Below, one piece after another: positions 1 through 12,670 of a DNA stretch of 64,000 bases; position 1 is the stretch's first letter; every line of letters starts with the position of its first letter. This DNA comes from a candidate division WOR-3 bacterium (GTDB lineage Bacteria > Hydrothermota > Tepidihabitantia > Tepidihabitantales > Tepidihabitantaceae). Location: assembly GCA_965649225.1 (NCBI GenBank), contig CBFGJX010000003.1, positions 1 to 64,000 on the forward strand. The letters are read 5' to 3'. The position numbers were made by a program, and so were the translations under genes. The notes below the pieces were generated by a model. The model was not told the origin of the DNA and searched no databases. It saw only the letters and a program-made list of their open reading frames with translations.

Positions 1-2053
<2,053 letters not shown>

Positions 2054-2080
2054 TGAAACTCAGCCTGCCTCTTCTCCAAA

Positions 2081-2093
2081 TTGTCAAAGAACA
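2081..2093 (-). promoter_or_regulatory. rrn antitermination boxA
   Basis: TGTTCTTTGACAA on the minus strand ~30 nt upstream of the 23S 5' end, preceded by a boxB-like hairpin (TAGTTGC-GTAG-GCGACTA). Confidence 0.75.
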
Positions 2094-2124
2094 ATTGTGC
2101 GATAGATAGTCGCCTACGCAACTA

Positions 2125-2152
2125 ATCGTAGCATTCTCGCACCCGAAGTCAA
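2125..2152 (-). promoter_or_regulatory. sigma70-type promoter of the 23S rRNA gene
   Basis: TTGACT (2147-2152), 16 bp spacer ending TGC, TACGAT (2125-2130). Confidence 0.7.
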
Positions 2153-2358
2153 GCACAAAGTTTAGCCAAGAACACCCATCGCGCAAGTCTGGAATTCAAC
2201 TGGGTGCAGAATTGCAAATCTATGAAACAAATCCAGTTATACCGAAAGCCCGGTTGAAGACCGGCCACACTCCCATCAGGGGGTGCGCAACCCTCTGCTT
2301 TCTTGTCAACCAGGGTACTGTTCAGGCCAGTCAAGCGCAGAAAAACCTGCGCTGGTCG

Positions 2359-2925
2359 CTACGGCCGTTTGAACCTGCCCACAAGCTTTGCCGAATCCAG
2401 AATCCGTCCGGCAATCATCTCCATCAGCTCATTCTCCGGCAGGCCTGGCCCGAACCCAAACTGTTCGTCCAGCGCATAGAGCGTAAAGACATAGCGGTGC
2501 GCCGGACCGGCCGGCGGCTGCGGCCCGATATAGCCGAACCTCCGTGCGCTGTTCATCCCATGCAGGCCGCCACTAGCGACAACTGGTGCCGGTGGCACGC
2601 CCTCAGGCAGACCGGTAACACTCGCCGGGATTTCGTAAACCACCCAGTGCACGAAAGTACCCATCGGCGCATCGGGGTCACGGCAGACCAGCGCGAACGT
2701 CCGGGTGCTCTCCGGCGCCCCGCTCCACTGCAAGGCAGGTGATATCCCTTCACCGAACTGGCTGAACCGGTGCGGAATCTCTCCGCCATCGGCGAATGCC
2801 GGCGAACTGATTCTGAAACCTCCGGCCTTAGCTTCAGAGCTGTCGGCTGGCGCCGCCTTCTTCGGACCGGCACAAGCCAGCAGCACGACCACGGTAAGGA
2901 CCGCTGCTCGCTTGAGATTCGCCAT
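2359..2925 (-). CDS. YbhB/YbcL family (PEBP/Raf kinase inhibitor-like) lipoprotein
   Basis: DPDAP..FVHW, GYIGPQPP and HRYVF motifs; lipobox LLAC; AGGAGG before the ATG at 2925. Confidence 0.9.
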   Translation of the reverse strand: MANLKRAAVLTVVVLLACAGPKKAAPADSSEAKAGGFRISSPAFADGGEIPHRFSQFGEGISPALQWSGAPESTRTFALVCRDPDAPMGTFVHWVVYEIPASVTGLPEGVPPAPVVASGGLHGMNSARRFGYIGPQPPAGPAHRYVFTLYALDEQFGFGPGLPENELMEMIAGRILDSAKLVGRFKRP

Positions 2926-3016
2926 CAAAAAAACCTCCTTTTCTCTTTGAACTCCTGAATCCAAGTCTAGCGCCGTATTACCCCAAAGTCCAGCCGCCGA
3001 ACCGGGCGCCAAAACG

Positions 3017-3643
3017 CTACCAGTACAGGTACGGCCGCCAGTCGTCGGCATAGGTCGCCTCGAAACTGGACAGCTCATAGAAATTGCCCGACGCCATGCC
3101 CGCTTCTTCTACTGCGAGCAGAAAAGCAATCCAGCCGCTGGCGCCGCGGCCGGCGCGGAATGCCGAATCCGGGATGACGAACCGGAACCACTGGCCGTCG
3201 GGCGGAGTGGCAGTCGCAACCGGGCGCAAACCTTCGGCGCGCAGAAACAGCCGTGCGACATCAGTCCGAACCTGATAGTCGGGTATCGAATCGAAATCCG
3301 GCACGATGTAGAGCCGCACCGGCCCGGGTGAGCCGCGTCTGAGCCGACAGACCAGAAAGAAGCTCACGTCGCCTGAGTCCCATTCCGTCGCCTTGAACCG
3401 ATAGAGACTGCGATACCAGAAGGTGTCACCCGCAACCGTGCTTACCCCGACGCCGCCGGCCGCGCTCCAGCCGTAGGCAAACCCGATTGCCGAATCGGGC
3501 AACATCGCGGCGTTGGCCGATACCACGCCGTCGTCGCGCCGCCGCGCCACTTCGACTCTGGGGTCGGGCAGCGGCTCCGTTCTTTCACAGGCAATACCGG
3601 CAAACAGAACCAGTACCAGCACTGCCCGGGCGGCCGATTTCAC
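3017..3643 (-). CDS. hypothetical lipoprotein
   Basis: 208-aa ORF with a hydrophobic signal ending AGIAC; co-oriented after tldE. Confidence 0.7.
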   Translation of the reverse strand: MKSAARAVLVLVLFAGIACERTEPLPDPRVEVARRRDDGVVSANAAMLPDSAIGFAYGWSAAGGVGVSTVAGDTFWYRSLYRFKATEWDSGDVSFFLVCRLRRGSPGPVRLYIVPDFDSIPDYQVRTDVARLFLRAEGLRPVATATPPDGQWFRFVIPDSAFRAGRGASGWIAFLLAVEEAGMASGNFYELSSFEATYADDWRPYLYW

Positions 3644-3670
3644 TTTCGCTAATCCAGTCCGTTCTGCCCT

Positions 3671-4960
3671 TCAGCTCCGCGCGGCAAAGCTGACATTGTC
3701 CAGCAGCAAAGCCGGGAACCGGCCCATCGGCCCATCCTGCACCGTGTCGCCGACGGCAATGACATTCCTGAGGTCCTCATAGACATTGCCTGCGACCATC
3801 GCGTCTTTGACCACGCCGACAATCCGACCGTCCTCGACCCACAGCCCCGGAGCGAGCCCAACCGAGTAATCACCGTTGAGTATGTTACCTGAATGCGCAC
3901 CGAGCACACCGGCCACGACCACCCCCGTGCCCATCAGCCTAAGCAGTTCGGCCAGTGGCTTATCGCCGGGAACGATTGTCAGGTGTTCCAGTTTCGGCAC
4001 CGGCCGCGCCATCACCGTTCCTCGATAGCCGTGACCGGTAGGTTCGGTTTGGGTCTTGTAGGCATAGAACCGGTCGTTGTAGAAGCTGCGGAACACGCCC
4101 TTCTCGAACAACACCAGGTCACGGCAGGGTGTACCTTCGTCGTCAAATGCCCGCGCACCCGGCAGCCGGTCATTCAGCGGCTGGTCAACCAGCGTCAGCT
4201 TCTCGCTCAGCAGTTGTTCGCCCGCCCGGTCGCACAACGGCGACACCCGCTGATACAGATACTCGGCATTGCTGGCGGCGGCAAGACGCCAGACCAGCGC
4301 ATAAACTGCGTCGGGCAGAAACAACACCCGCGTCCGGCCGGTGACTGGTCGCACCGGCTTCTGTGCCGAGTTGTAGGTGTCAACAATGAACTGCAGTTCG
4401 GGCTCGGGAAAAGGCACAAATGCCTTGGCCGTAATCAACCGTCTGATTCCGGCGTAGCTGCCCGGATAAAGCACGCTGGCAAAGGCAAAATAGGCGGTGA
4501 ACCGGGCGCGACAGTCAACCCCGCTCGACGTCAGTAACCGAACCTCGTTGGTGTCCCGGCCGGTTGTAAGATTCACCTGACCCTTGACCCGGCTCGACAG
4601 AAAATCGGCAATCCGGCGCGACTCTTCAACCAGCAGAGCGTTGCCACCGGACTGGGGCGCTTCGGTATCGAGCACCGGCAGACTGACCGGTTCCGGCAGC
4701 GGCCCGGCCGCCTCGACTCCGCCGGCCAGAGCCGCCAGCGCATCCTGCACCAGTCCGTCACGGTCAATCAGGTTGCTGGTATAGGCAAATCCCTGACGGC
4801 CGTTTTTGACAACGGTCAGGGCCGTACCCGAGTACATGCCGCTTTCGATTGTCTTCAACTGCCCGTTCTCAAACTCGACCCGGTCCGTCGTTTGACGGAC
4901 GACGCCGTACACGGTCGCTGCCTCGGCCTTTTTCAGCGCGGCTTCCAGCAATCGTTCCAT
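3671..4960 (-). CDS. pmbA: TldE/PmbA family protein
   Basis: FDDEG motif and C-terminal GDYS..MVAGN; lacks HExxxH; adjacent to tldD. Confidence 0.9.
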   Translation of the reverse strand: MERLLEAALKKAEAATVYGVVRQTTDRVEFENGQLKTIESGMYSGTALTVVKNGRQGFAYTSNLIDRDGLVQDALAALAGGVEAAGPLPEPVSLPVLDTEAPQSGGNALLVEESRRIADFLSSRVKGQVNLTTGRDTNEVRLLTSSGVDCRARFTAYFAFASVLYPGSYAGIRRLITAKAFVPFPEPELQFIVDTYNSAQKPVRPVTGRTRVLFLPDAVYALVWRLAAASNAEYLYQRVSPLCDRAGEQLLSEKLTLVDQPLNDRLPGARAFDDEGTPCRDLVLFEKGVFRSFYNDRFYAYKTQTEPTGHGYRGTVMARPVPKLEHLTIVPGDKPLAELLRLMGTGVVVAGVLGAHSGNILNGDYSVGLAPGLWVEDGRIVGVVKDAMVAGNVYEDLRNVIAVGDTVQDGPMGRFPALLLDNVSFAARS

Positions 4961-6324
4961 TATCTACCCCCCACTACCAGACTCTCAACCAGCACATGCG
5001 GCGCGCCATTACAGGAACGGTAATTGGTCTGACCCTTGCCGCAACCGCCGATTTCGCGCAGCGTCATGTCGTTACCTACCGCCGATATGTTCATCAGCGT
5101 TTCGTAAAGGTTACCCGAGATGTTGATGTCGCGCAGCATCCGGCCCGGCTTGCCGTTCTTCACCTCGAACCCGAACTGGGCCCCGAAAGTGAAGTTCTCG
5201 CCCGTAGTCTGGCCGCCCATGTGATTGCACAGATACAGTCCATCGCCAAGCAGTGCCAGCAGCTCATCCTTTGTCTTGTCGCGCGGCTCGATGAAGATAC
5301 ATCCCATCCTGACGATCGGCGCGTAACGGTGGTCTTCGGCAACGCAGTGGCCGGTAACCGGCTCGCCCATTTCGGCCGCGGTTCGACGCGAATGGAGCCG
5401 TCCGGTGAGCACGCCACCGGTCATCAGCCGCACCGGCCGCGCCGCGACACCCTCATCGTCGTACTTGTAAAACCCAAGCTGATTCGGACGGGTCGGGTCG
5501 TCGGTGATTGAAACCACCTCACTGCCCAGTTTTGCGCCGATCTGCATCTTTGCCCGCATCGTCGGCGAGTCTTCAATCAGGTCCGCCTCGGAAAAGTGAC
5601 CGAAAGCCTCGTGGGTGAAGACGCCGGCCAGCGACTGGTCAAGCACCACCCGCCACTGCCCGGCCCGCACCGGCTCGGCTTTCAGCAGGTCAACACAGAT
5701 TTTTACCCGCTCGGCCAGCTCAGCCTCACGGCCGTGCAGTCGCCCCAGGCCGTCCGAACCGCCAAAACCAAACCGAACCCGCTGAGTCAGACTGCCTTCC
5801 TTTGCAACAATCAACCCGGCCAGCCGTACCGTCACGAGTTTTTCATGCAGCCGGGTTCCTTCGGTCGATACGAAGTATTTGTCCCGACAGATGTCGTAGT
5901 AGCCGGTCTCGGTCGTCGCCACCTTCGGGTGGTCAAGGGCAATCGCGTTGTAGTGGCGCGCCAGCTCGAGCTTGGCCTCGGCCGGAACCGCCTGCGGGTC
6001 TTCAGTCAGTGGCGGCAGAAACTCATCCTGCACCACCGGCACGGCGGCCAGTTTCACCGGCCGCGCACCGCTTGCCGCCAGCAGCCGGGCATTCTCCACC
6101 GCTGATCGCGCCGCACGTTCGGCGTCGGCCGGCGCAGTAAACGCAATTGCCGACCAGCCGCCGTTCTGCAGCACCCTCAGCACATAGCCGTCGGTGGAAC
6201 TGGCCGACAACCCGACAAGCTCGCGGCCGCTGAACGTGACCTTGGTCTCGCGCATCCGTTCATAGCGCAGGTCGGCGTAATCAGCCTGCACCAGCCCGAG
6301 CATTTTCAGTAACTGGTCAAACAT
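4960..6324 (-). CDS. tldD: TldD metalloprotease
   Basis: HEAFGHFSEAD, YDDEG, RM and CGKGQ motifs; start moved to ATG 6324 after AGGAGG. Confidence 0.93.
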   Translation of the reverse strand: MFDQLLKMLGLVQADYADLRYERMRETKVTFSGRELVGLSASSTDGYVLRVLQNGGWSAIAFTAPADAERAARSAVENARLLAASGARPVKLAAVPVVQDEFLPPLTEDPQAVPAEAKLELARHYNAIALDHPKVATTETGYYDICRDKYFVSTEGTRLHEKLVTVRLAGLIVAKEGSLTQRVRFGFGGSDGLGRLHGREAELAERVKICVDLLKAEPVRAGQWRVVLDQSLAGVFTHEAFGHFSEADLIEDSPTMRAKMQIGAKLGSEVVSITDDPTRPNQLGFYKYDDEGVAARPVRLMTGGVLTGRLHSRRTAAEMGEPVTGHCVAEDHRYAPIVRMGCIFIEPRDKTKDELLALLGDGLYLCNHMGGQTTGENFTFGAQFGFEVKNGKPGRMLRDINISGNLYETLMNISAVGNDMTLREIGGCGKGQTNYRSCNGAPHVLVESLVVGGR

Positions 6325-6450
6325 GCAGCCTCCTGTTTTCCACACTGAACACGAGAGAGAAACTAAAAGACATCCTAACCAAGTCAAGCTCACGCCGCTG
6401 GCGCCGGACTTGCTCCCGGTCCGGCATCGGCTTAGCATTACGGCGAAAAG

Positions 6451-7353
6451 ATGTCCGGCCATCACCACCACAGCGACCTCGCCCGCCAGGGCCGCAGCCT
6501 CGTGCTGTCAATCGCGCTCAACCTCGTCTTCGCGGCGGCCGAACTGGTGTTCGGCCTGCTCGCCAACTCGCTGGCACTGGTCGCCGATTCGCTCCACGAC
6601 TTTTCCGACGCGGTTGCGCTCGGGCTGTCCTGGTTCGGGCTCAAGCTTTCCCAGCGCTCACCCAACCCCCGCCGCACCTTCGGCTACCGCAAGGTCCGCA
6701 TCCTCACCGCCTTCATCAACGCGCTCGCATTGTTCGGACTCACCCTGTTCATCTTTCGCGCCGCAGTACTGCGCATATTCAACCCCGAGCCGGTCCACAG
6801 TCCGACCTTAATCGTAATGGCCATCGCCGGGCTGGTCGTCAACGGTGCCGCGGTGCTGCTGTTGCGCCGCGACCGCTCAAGCCTCAACATCCGCGCCGCG
6901 ATGTGGCACCTGCTCGAAGACTTCTTCGGCTGGATTGCAGTGCTGGTCGGCGGCGTCCTCATCCGGCTCACCGGCTGGTATGTAATCGACCCGATTCTCT
7001 CAATCGCAGTCGGCCTGCTGGTCATCTGGGGCGCGTGGTCGGTGTTTCGCGAATCGGCCAGCATTCTCATTGACTCGACGCCGCATGACCTCGACTTCGA
7101 TGCCGTGCGCCAGTTCATCACCGATTTCGCGCCCGGCATCCGCGGCATTCACGACCTGCACATCTGGACCCTAGGCGAAGGCGAGCGCGCCCTGATGGCC
7201 CATCTTGTCGTTGACGATGGCGCGGTCAGCTCTTTTCACCCTCTTCTTTCCCGGCTGGAATGTGCCCTGCACGACCGCTTTACCATCAATCACGTCACAT
7301 TTGAACTCGAATGTGACGAATGTAAATCAGCCAACAGCATCTGCATGAACTAG
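6451..7353 (+). CDS. czcD: cation diffusion facilitator (CzcD-like Zn/Co/Cd efflux)
   Basis: N-terminal His run; SLALVADSLHD, TFGY, HLLED and HDLHIW motifs; about 6 TM segments. Confidence 0.92.
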   Translation: MSGHHHHSDLARQGRSLVLSIALNLVFAAAELVFGLLANSLALVADSLHDFSDAVALGLSWFGLKLSQRSPNPRRTFGYRKVRILTAFINALALFGLTLFIFRAAVLRIFNPEPVHSPTLIVMAIAGLVVNGAAVLLLRRDRSSLNIRAAMWHLLEDFFGWIAVLVGGVLIRLTGWYVIDPILSIAVGLLVIWGAWSVFRESASILIDSTPHDLDFDAVRQFITDFAPGIRGIHDLHIWTLGEGERALMAHLVVDDGAVSSFHPLLSRLECALHDRFTINHVTFELECDECKSANSICMN

Positions 7354-7607
7354 AAAACGGCCGCGGACTACCGGCAGCCGTTCTCTGATCGCCATCCGGT
7401 TGCGGACTGATTGCTAACCGACTGCCCTGCAATCAGTTGACCAAACAACGTCACGCGCGGGGGTCGGATACCGGACAGCCCCACCCGCGGCCTTGTTCTG
7501 TGCTGCCGGACTCCGGACTTCCGGTCACAAGTCTCGACCGGTCAATGACATGCCGGTCATCCCGACTGACAGTTGCCCCGCTGCTGTTCTCGAAGCGCTC
7601 GGCGCAG

Positions 7608-7643
7608 AAAAAGGCGGGACACGGCCGGCCGTGTCCCGCCTTT
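7608..7643. terminator. intrinsic terminator (perfect 34-bp inverted repeat) after the C25 protease gene
   Basis: AAAGGCGGGACACGGCCGGCCGTGTCCCGCCTTT flanked by A/T runs. Confidence 0.8.
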
Positions 7644-7655
7644 GTGAGTTTCGCT

Positions 7656-10600
7656 CTATTCCAGTACGACAGTCTTTATCACCTGCCGCTCGACTGTGGT
7701 CTGGACCCGCAGAAAGTACACGCCCTGCGCAACCTTCTGCCCGACTTCATCACGACCGTCCCAGTTCAACTCGTACCGGCCCGGCGCCATCTCGCGGTCG
7801 GCAAGCGTCCGCACCCGCCGGCCCGAACGGTCGTACAGCGCCACGCTCACCCTGCCGGCCAGCGCCACGCCCAGACTCACAGTCGCGCGACCGCGCAGCG
7901 GGTTGGGACTCACACCAAGACGCAGGACAACCCGGGCCGCATCGGGCCGGTCGGTCACGCCGGTCTGCACCGGGTCGGTCGAGTACAAAATAGCCCGACC
8001 GGCGGTGACCGGCGCCGCCGCACGGTGGTAGTTGCCGTTGAACAACGCCTGTATCGCCACGGTACGGCTCGGGTCCTGGCTGCCGACGGTCGATGAACTC
8101 ATCCCGTTGTTGGATAGATACTGCACTTTGACCCGGCAGTTGCCGTCGGGCGCGGCCTGACTCGTGTCATAGAAAATAACCTGATTCTTTTCAAACGTCG
8201 TCCGATTCGAGTAGTACGCAACCGAGTCCCACTCGACGATGAACCGGCGGTTGGCCGCATCGTGCCAGTACCAGACACCACCACCGGTCGGCGGGTACAG
8301 GTCATCCCAGTTGAGGAAAACCGCCGGCGGCAGGCTCGTGGCCGGCAGTTCGGTGTTGGAGTAGGCCGACGAAGTGGTCGAGCCCAGACCCACCCAGCCG
8401 TTGCCGCAGATGGACAGCTGCGTGTAGTTCTGGCCGTACCAGCGGAACGGACCGAACGATGTCGGCAGGGTGATGACCACGGTCTGGTCGTCAGAAAGCG
8501 TCAGTCGTGTGCCGACGCCGTTGATCTCGACCCACTCGAATTCGGGACAGGCGGTGTAGAACGTATCCACGTCGTCATAAGCGAAGTAGAGCGCCGGCTG
8601 GCGCGGGCCGTCCGGAATCGGGTCGGCCGCGGTGAGCGCGCCAACCGCGATGGTCACGACCCGCGTCGCCGAGTAGCCGTCGCCGGAAATACGCAGCGTG
8701 CAGGGAAGCTGGGTTTCGGGCGGTATCGCGCCGCTCGCACTCACGCCGAAGCGGTCCGAAGAATTGAACACGGTCTGCCCGGCCGGCACCGCGCCGTAGG
8801 TGCCGACCGAGTCACTAACGACAAGGCGCGCGTCGCCCGAACGCAGACGCGCCGAGACATTCTGGCAGTTACCCAGCCCGATGTTGGCAAGCCCAAGTGC
8901 GAGCTCGGCAGTCTCGCCCGGGTCAAGCCGGCCGTTGTTGTTGCCGCCCGGCCGCGGGTCCCAGCACTGCGTCCCGGCCGCGACGAGCTGCGGCGCACCA
9001 ACGACCAGTGTCGGCATCGAGCTGTAAGTCGAATCGAGCGTGTCGCGACAGACCAGGACCAGCGGCAGGGTGTAGCGGTTGGTGCAGGCCGCGGCCACGC
9101 GCAGCTTGAAGCCGTTGGTCCCGGTCCAGGCCGAGTCCCCGGCCCTGACCGCGCCGAAGTAGCGCACCGAATCGGTCACGGTCACCAGCGTGTCGGTTGA
9201 AGTCTTGCGCAGCGTTCCCCAAACACCGTTCATCGTCCGCTCGGACCGGTTGGCAATCCACACCGGCAGGTTGAAGCTCTCACCCGGATTGATGATGCCG
9301 TCGCCGTTGCCACCCGGCGGCGGGTCATCGACAACCGCGCGCAGGAACGAGATTCCGCCCGGCATCTGGCGGTCGTACCATGACTGGGCCGAGTCGGCGT
9401 GTTCGTTCATCTCGGCCGCGCTGTTGGCTCCGACCAGCGCAAACGCGACCTTCTGCCGCGCACCCGGCGCGAGGTTGAACGGCCCGGCCGAAGCCACACA
9501 CGACCAGTTGGCCGCGCGATTGGAATTGGGCAGGCGGATAGCGCCGCGCAGGAAGCTGTCCTTGACCGCCTCGGTCATCATACTGCCCGGAGTCACATAG
9601 ATGGCGTGGTCGATGGCCGACAGGTTGGCGGCCGCAGCCGGCGACAGCACCTTGATCCCGGCCGAGTTGGCATAGCTGGACGACTGGGTCATGTACACCA
9701 GCCGGCGCCCGGCATCGGAGTAGACATTGTTTGACGTCGTGTTGTTGACATCGAAGTCGGAGAGAATCCCGCAGTACAGCCCGTTGATGGCGCTTGAGCC
9801 GGTGTTCTCCAGCGTGTACTCGATGATGACGAAATCGCGGTACCCGGGCGAGGACAGCGCCCCGGACCACTGGCGCACGCGCAGGCCCCTGGGACTCGGA
9901 TGCGCGCCGTCGTCAATCACCGCAGCGTACTCCTCGTGTGCGCCGATTGGCGGCAGTACTGCGTGCAGCGTGTCCACCGCGCGCCAGTCGGTGTTGTAGG
10001 TCGAGGTCGGCTGGCCGTACCAGCGGTCAACCACGTACGCGGGTGAATTGCCGCACGCCAGCGATGTGAAGTAAAGCGAGCCGTAGCCGGCGTCGCGGGG
10101 ATACTTCAGCCCCGAGCCCTCGCGATATGGTCCGAGCGTGCCAATCGAACCCAGCGAGGTCATCGAGAGGATGATGTTGCCGGTGTCGTGGTCGGCCCAG
10201 AGCTTGCGCGGCACCGGGGTCGCCCCCACCTGCAGTTCGAAGTACGGCGACCAGGTCCCCTGACCGGTCACGGTGCTCAGCACGAACTCCGCCAGCGTGC
10301 CGTTCGGGGTCGCGCCTGACGCGCTCACACGCAGCCGGTCACCCTCGACCGTGTCGCCCGGCGCGATGGTGCCGAAGCTGGCGGTCGAATCCAGCCGCGT
10401 GATGTAGCTCGACATCGTGCGCAGCGTCGCGTTCACCCCGGACGCGGCCGCGGCCCCGAGGTTGGCGAGCCTGACATACAGATCAGCGCTCTCGCCCGGG
10501 TCGAGCCGGCCGTTGCCGTCGGTGTCGTCCACACGCACGCCCGCGAACACCAGCGCCGGATTGGCCGACGCGCCGCTCACTGTAATTGTCGCGTCGTACG

Positions 10601-12542
10601 GCAGCCTGTCCTGCGCGGTGACCGACAGAGTAGCGCTGCCCGGGCTGGCCGGGTTCACGAAGAGGTCAACCCAGCCCGCGGAATTGGTCCAGCCCCGGGC
10701 ATAAGTCTCCGTGCCCTTGGCAATGCAGACAAGCGCACTTCTGACCGGGTTACCGCCGCTCTGGACGGTCACGCGCACCACCTGTGGTCCGGTCGCGATA
10801 GTCGAAGGCGCGGTCACCGCCAGCGCGGTCGGCGGCTCGGACCACATCCCCAGCGACGGGTCGCCGAACAGGTTGAGCTCGTACACGCACCAGCGCCACA
10901 CCTCCTGACCCATCGTCAGACTCTGGAAGTAGTCCTTGGACATCGCGTTGAGAGTCCCGAACTGGAACGCGTCGCGATTCACGAAGTGGCGGTAGTACTG
11001 CAGGTCAAGCATCTCGGACGGCCCGAACCCGGGCGGGTAACCGTAGCCGTAGCGCGAGTTCAGGCAGACCGCGACCGCGCCGCCGTTCGGCGCCTTGACC
11101 AGCGCCTCGGCCAGGCACTCGTATCCGTCGAACCAGCCCGACTGGCAGGCGATGGAATTGATGAACGCCAGCTTGCGCAGCCCGTTCGAGAGCCCCGGTG
11201 CCTCGGACGCGCTCATCACCGAGAAGCTTGTCTGATTGCCATGTGCGGCCACGTGCGAGATATTGTTACCGGCGCTGATCTGAGCCGCGTACACGCCCGA
11301 CCCCGGGTCCTCAAGGTGGGTGAACTGCCAGTCCGGAGCGAACAGCTCGTTTATCATCCGGTTGATTACCCGGCCGTGGAACGGCGAGAAGAGCATCGTC
11401 GAACCCATCACCGCCTTCTTGATGTAGGACGGGTCAGGATTGCGCGCAAATGTCGTGCACTTGCGGAAAAACAGGTCCACGTCCGACGAGTTGTCGGCCG
11501 GAGTCCGGCCGATGAAGACATCGTGGAACAGGTCCACCGAATCGGTCATCTCCCCGAAATAGTTGTTGCGGTCCGAATCCCACGAATACTGCAGGTCCGC
11601 GTAGTAGAAGTCGGTGGCAATCTGCTCGGTCGTGCCTTCGACGGTGAGTCGCGCCAGCCGAACGGGCACCACCTCGGCATCACCGCCCACCAGCACCCAC
11701 TTCAGCCCGTGGTTCTGCCAGTAGTCGATGATGCAGTTGCGGATGCGCTCCTGATTGTCACGGCCGGGATAGGTCGAGTAGATGGACTCGGTCTTGACCA
11801 CCACGGTCTTGATGCCGGCGCGCGTCTTCCAGTTGACATAAGGCTGGAAGCTTGCCGCCAGCGCATTGGTCGTGATGACCATCATATCGCACAGCCAGTG
11901 GTCGGTGACGCGGGACTGGGGCCGCCAGGTCCTGACCGCTTCCGGGTTGGCCACGATGCGCGCGGCCGCACCCGCGAAGAGCTCGACCTGCGACTCATCA
12001 AGGGCAACCACCGGGTGCCGGCCGCGCTCGAAAGTCACCGTGACCTCAATCCGCGTCGCAAGCTCAAGCTGCCGGCGCGCCGGGTTGTAGGAGAGCGGCG
12101 CAACCTGCACCCCGGCGATGCGATACCCGCTCATCGAGCCCGAGCGCGTCAACCTCACCGGCTCGGCCGGGTAAGACTTGTCCGCGCCGTAAACTGCCGG
12201 GTCCGGCTCGACGAAAGCAAGTTGCGGCTGGGACAGGGCCTGTGCTCGCTGGGCCGGATGAATCAGATACTCGCCGGGCAGCACGACGCTGGTGCGGCTC
12301 GATACCGCCACGTCCACGACCTCGGCGTCAGGCGGAATGAGAATGTTGTACGTTGCCAGCGGCAGCGACGGCTTGCCCGGCTCGGTTGTCCAGTACTGCC
12401 CGGGCAGGGCAACGACATCGAAACCGTTTTCCCGGTCAAACACGAAATCGCCGGGCGCAAACTCAAACACCTGGCTTACCGTGCCGGTCGCGGCAATCGC
12501 CAGCGCCGACAAAACAAAAAGCACGCGGACAAAGCGCGTCAC
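7656..12542 (-). CDS. secreted gingipain-like C25 cysteine peptidase: propeptide, C25 catalytic domain, repeated Ig-like modules, C-terminal FlgD-Ig/T9SS-type sorting domain
   Basis: Signal peptide; PGKPSLP propeptide; VLVGGD..VP, TDFYYADL, IGR; catalytic AHG and IACQSG; LNLFGDP; C-terminal PNP..YDRSGRRVRTL..WDGRD..GVYF. Start set at GTG 12542 after AGGAGG. Confidence 0.9.
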   Translation of the reverse strand: MTRFVRVLFVLSALAIAATGTVSQVFEFAPGDFVFDRENGFDVVALPGQYWTTEPGKPSLPLATYNILIPPDAEVVDVAVSSRTSVVLPGEYLIHPAQRAQALSQPQLAFVEPDPAVYGADKSYPAEPVRLTRSGSMSGYRIAGVQVAPLSYNPARRQLELATRIEVTVTFERGRHPVVALDESQVELFAGAAARIVANPEAVRTWRPQSRVTDHWLCDMMVITTNALAASFQPYVNWKTRAGIKTVVVKTESIYSTYPGRDNQERIRNCIIDYWQNHGLKWVLVGGDAEVVPVRLARLTVEGTTEQIATDFYYADLQYSWDSDRNNYFGEMTDSVDLFHDVFIGRTPADNSSDVDLFFRKCTTFARNPDPSYIKKAVMGSTMLFSPFHGRVINRMINELFAPDWQFTHLEDPGSGVYAAQISAGNNISHVAAHGNQTSFSVMSASEAPGLSNGLRKLAFINSIACQSGWFDGYECLAEALVKAPNGGAVAVCLNSRYGYGYPPGFGPSEMLDLQYYRHFVNRDAFQFGTLNAMSKDYFQSLTMGQEVWRWCVYELNLFGDPSLGMWSEPPTALAVTAPSTIATGPQVVRVTVQSGGNPVRSALVCIAKGTETYARGWTNSAGWVDLFVNPASPGSATLSVTAQDRLPYDATITVSGASANPALVFAGVRVDDTDGNGRLDPGESADLYVRLANLGAAAASGVNATLRTMSSYITRLDSTASFGTIAPGDTVEGDRLRVSASGATPNGTLAEFVLSTVTGQGTWSPYFELQVGATPVPRKLWADHDTGNIILSMTSLGSIGTLGPYREGSGLKYPRDAGYGSLYFTSLACGNSPAYVVDRWYGQPTSTYNTDWRAVDTLHAVLPPIGAHEEYAAVIDDGAHPSPRGLRVRQWSGALSSPGYRDFVIIEYTLENTGSSAINGLYCGILSDFDVNNTTSNNVYSDAGRRLVYMTQSSSYANSAGIKVLSPAAAANLSAIDHAIYVTPGSMMTEAVKDSFLRGAIRLPNSNRAANWSCVASAGPFNLAPGARQKVAFALVGANSAAEMNEHADSAQSWYDRQMPGGISFLRAVVDDPPPGGNGDGIINPGESFNLPVWIANRSERTMNGVWGTLRKTSTDTLVTVTDSVRYFGAVRAGDSAWTGTNGFKLRVAAACTNRYTLPLVLVCRDTLDSTYSSMPTLVVGAPQLVAAGTQCWDPRPGGNNNGRLDPGETAELALGLANIGLGNCQNVSARLRSGDARLVVSDSVGTYGAVPAGQTVFNSSDRFGVSASGAIPPETQLPCTLRISGDGYSATRVVTIAVGALTAADPIPDGPRQPALYFAYDDVDTFYTACPEFEWVEINGVGTRLTLSDDQTVVITLPTSFGPFRWYGQNYTQLSICGNGWVGLGSTTSSAYSNTELPATSLPPAVFLNWDDLYPPTGGGVWYWHDAANRRFIVEWDSVAYYSNRTTFEKNQVIFYDTSQAAPDGNCRVKVQYLSNNGMSSSTVGSQDPSRTVAIQALFNGNYHRAAAPVTAGRAILYSTDPVQTGVTDRPDAARVVLRLGVSPNPLRGRATVSLGVALAGRVSVALYDRSGRRVRTLADREMAPGRYELNWDGRDEVGQKVAQGVYFLRVQTTVERQVIKTVVLE

Positions 12543-12612
12543 TGTGGACCTCCTGACGACGTTCAATCTGCCCTGTGTCAACCTTGCCTGCAAGACCGTT
12601 GCCGGCCGCAAG

Positions 12613-12640
12613 ATTGTACCCCACGCCCCGCCCCGGTCAA
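12613..12640 (-). promoter_or_regulatory. sigma70-type promoter of the C25 protease gene
   Basis: TTGACC, 16 bp, TACAAT. Confidence 0.65.
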
Positions 12641-12670
12641 CCCGACACGGCACAGCGACGGTATTGAAAA

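Noticed and set aside
7354..7600. Several short inverted repeats after czcD
   Set aside because: Expected by chance at this GC content; no promoter or family match.
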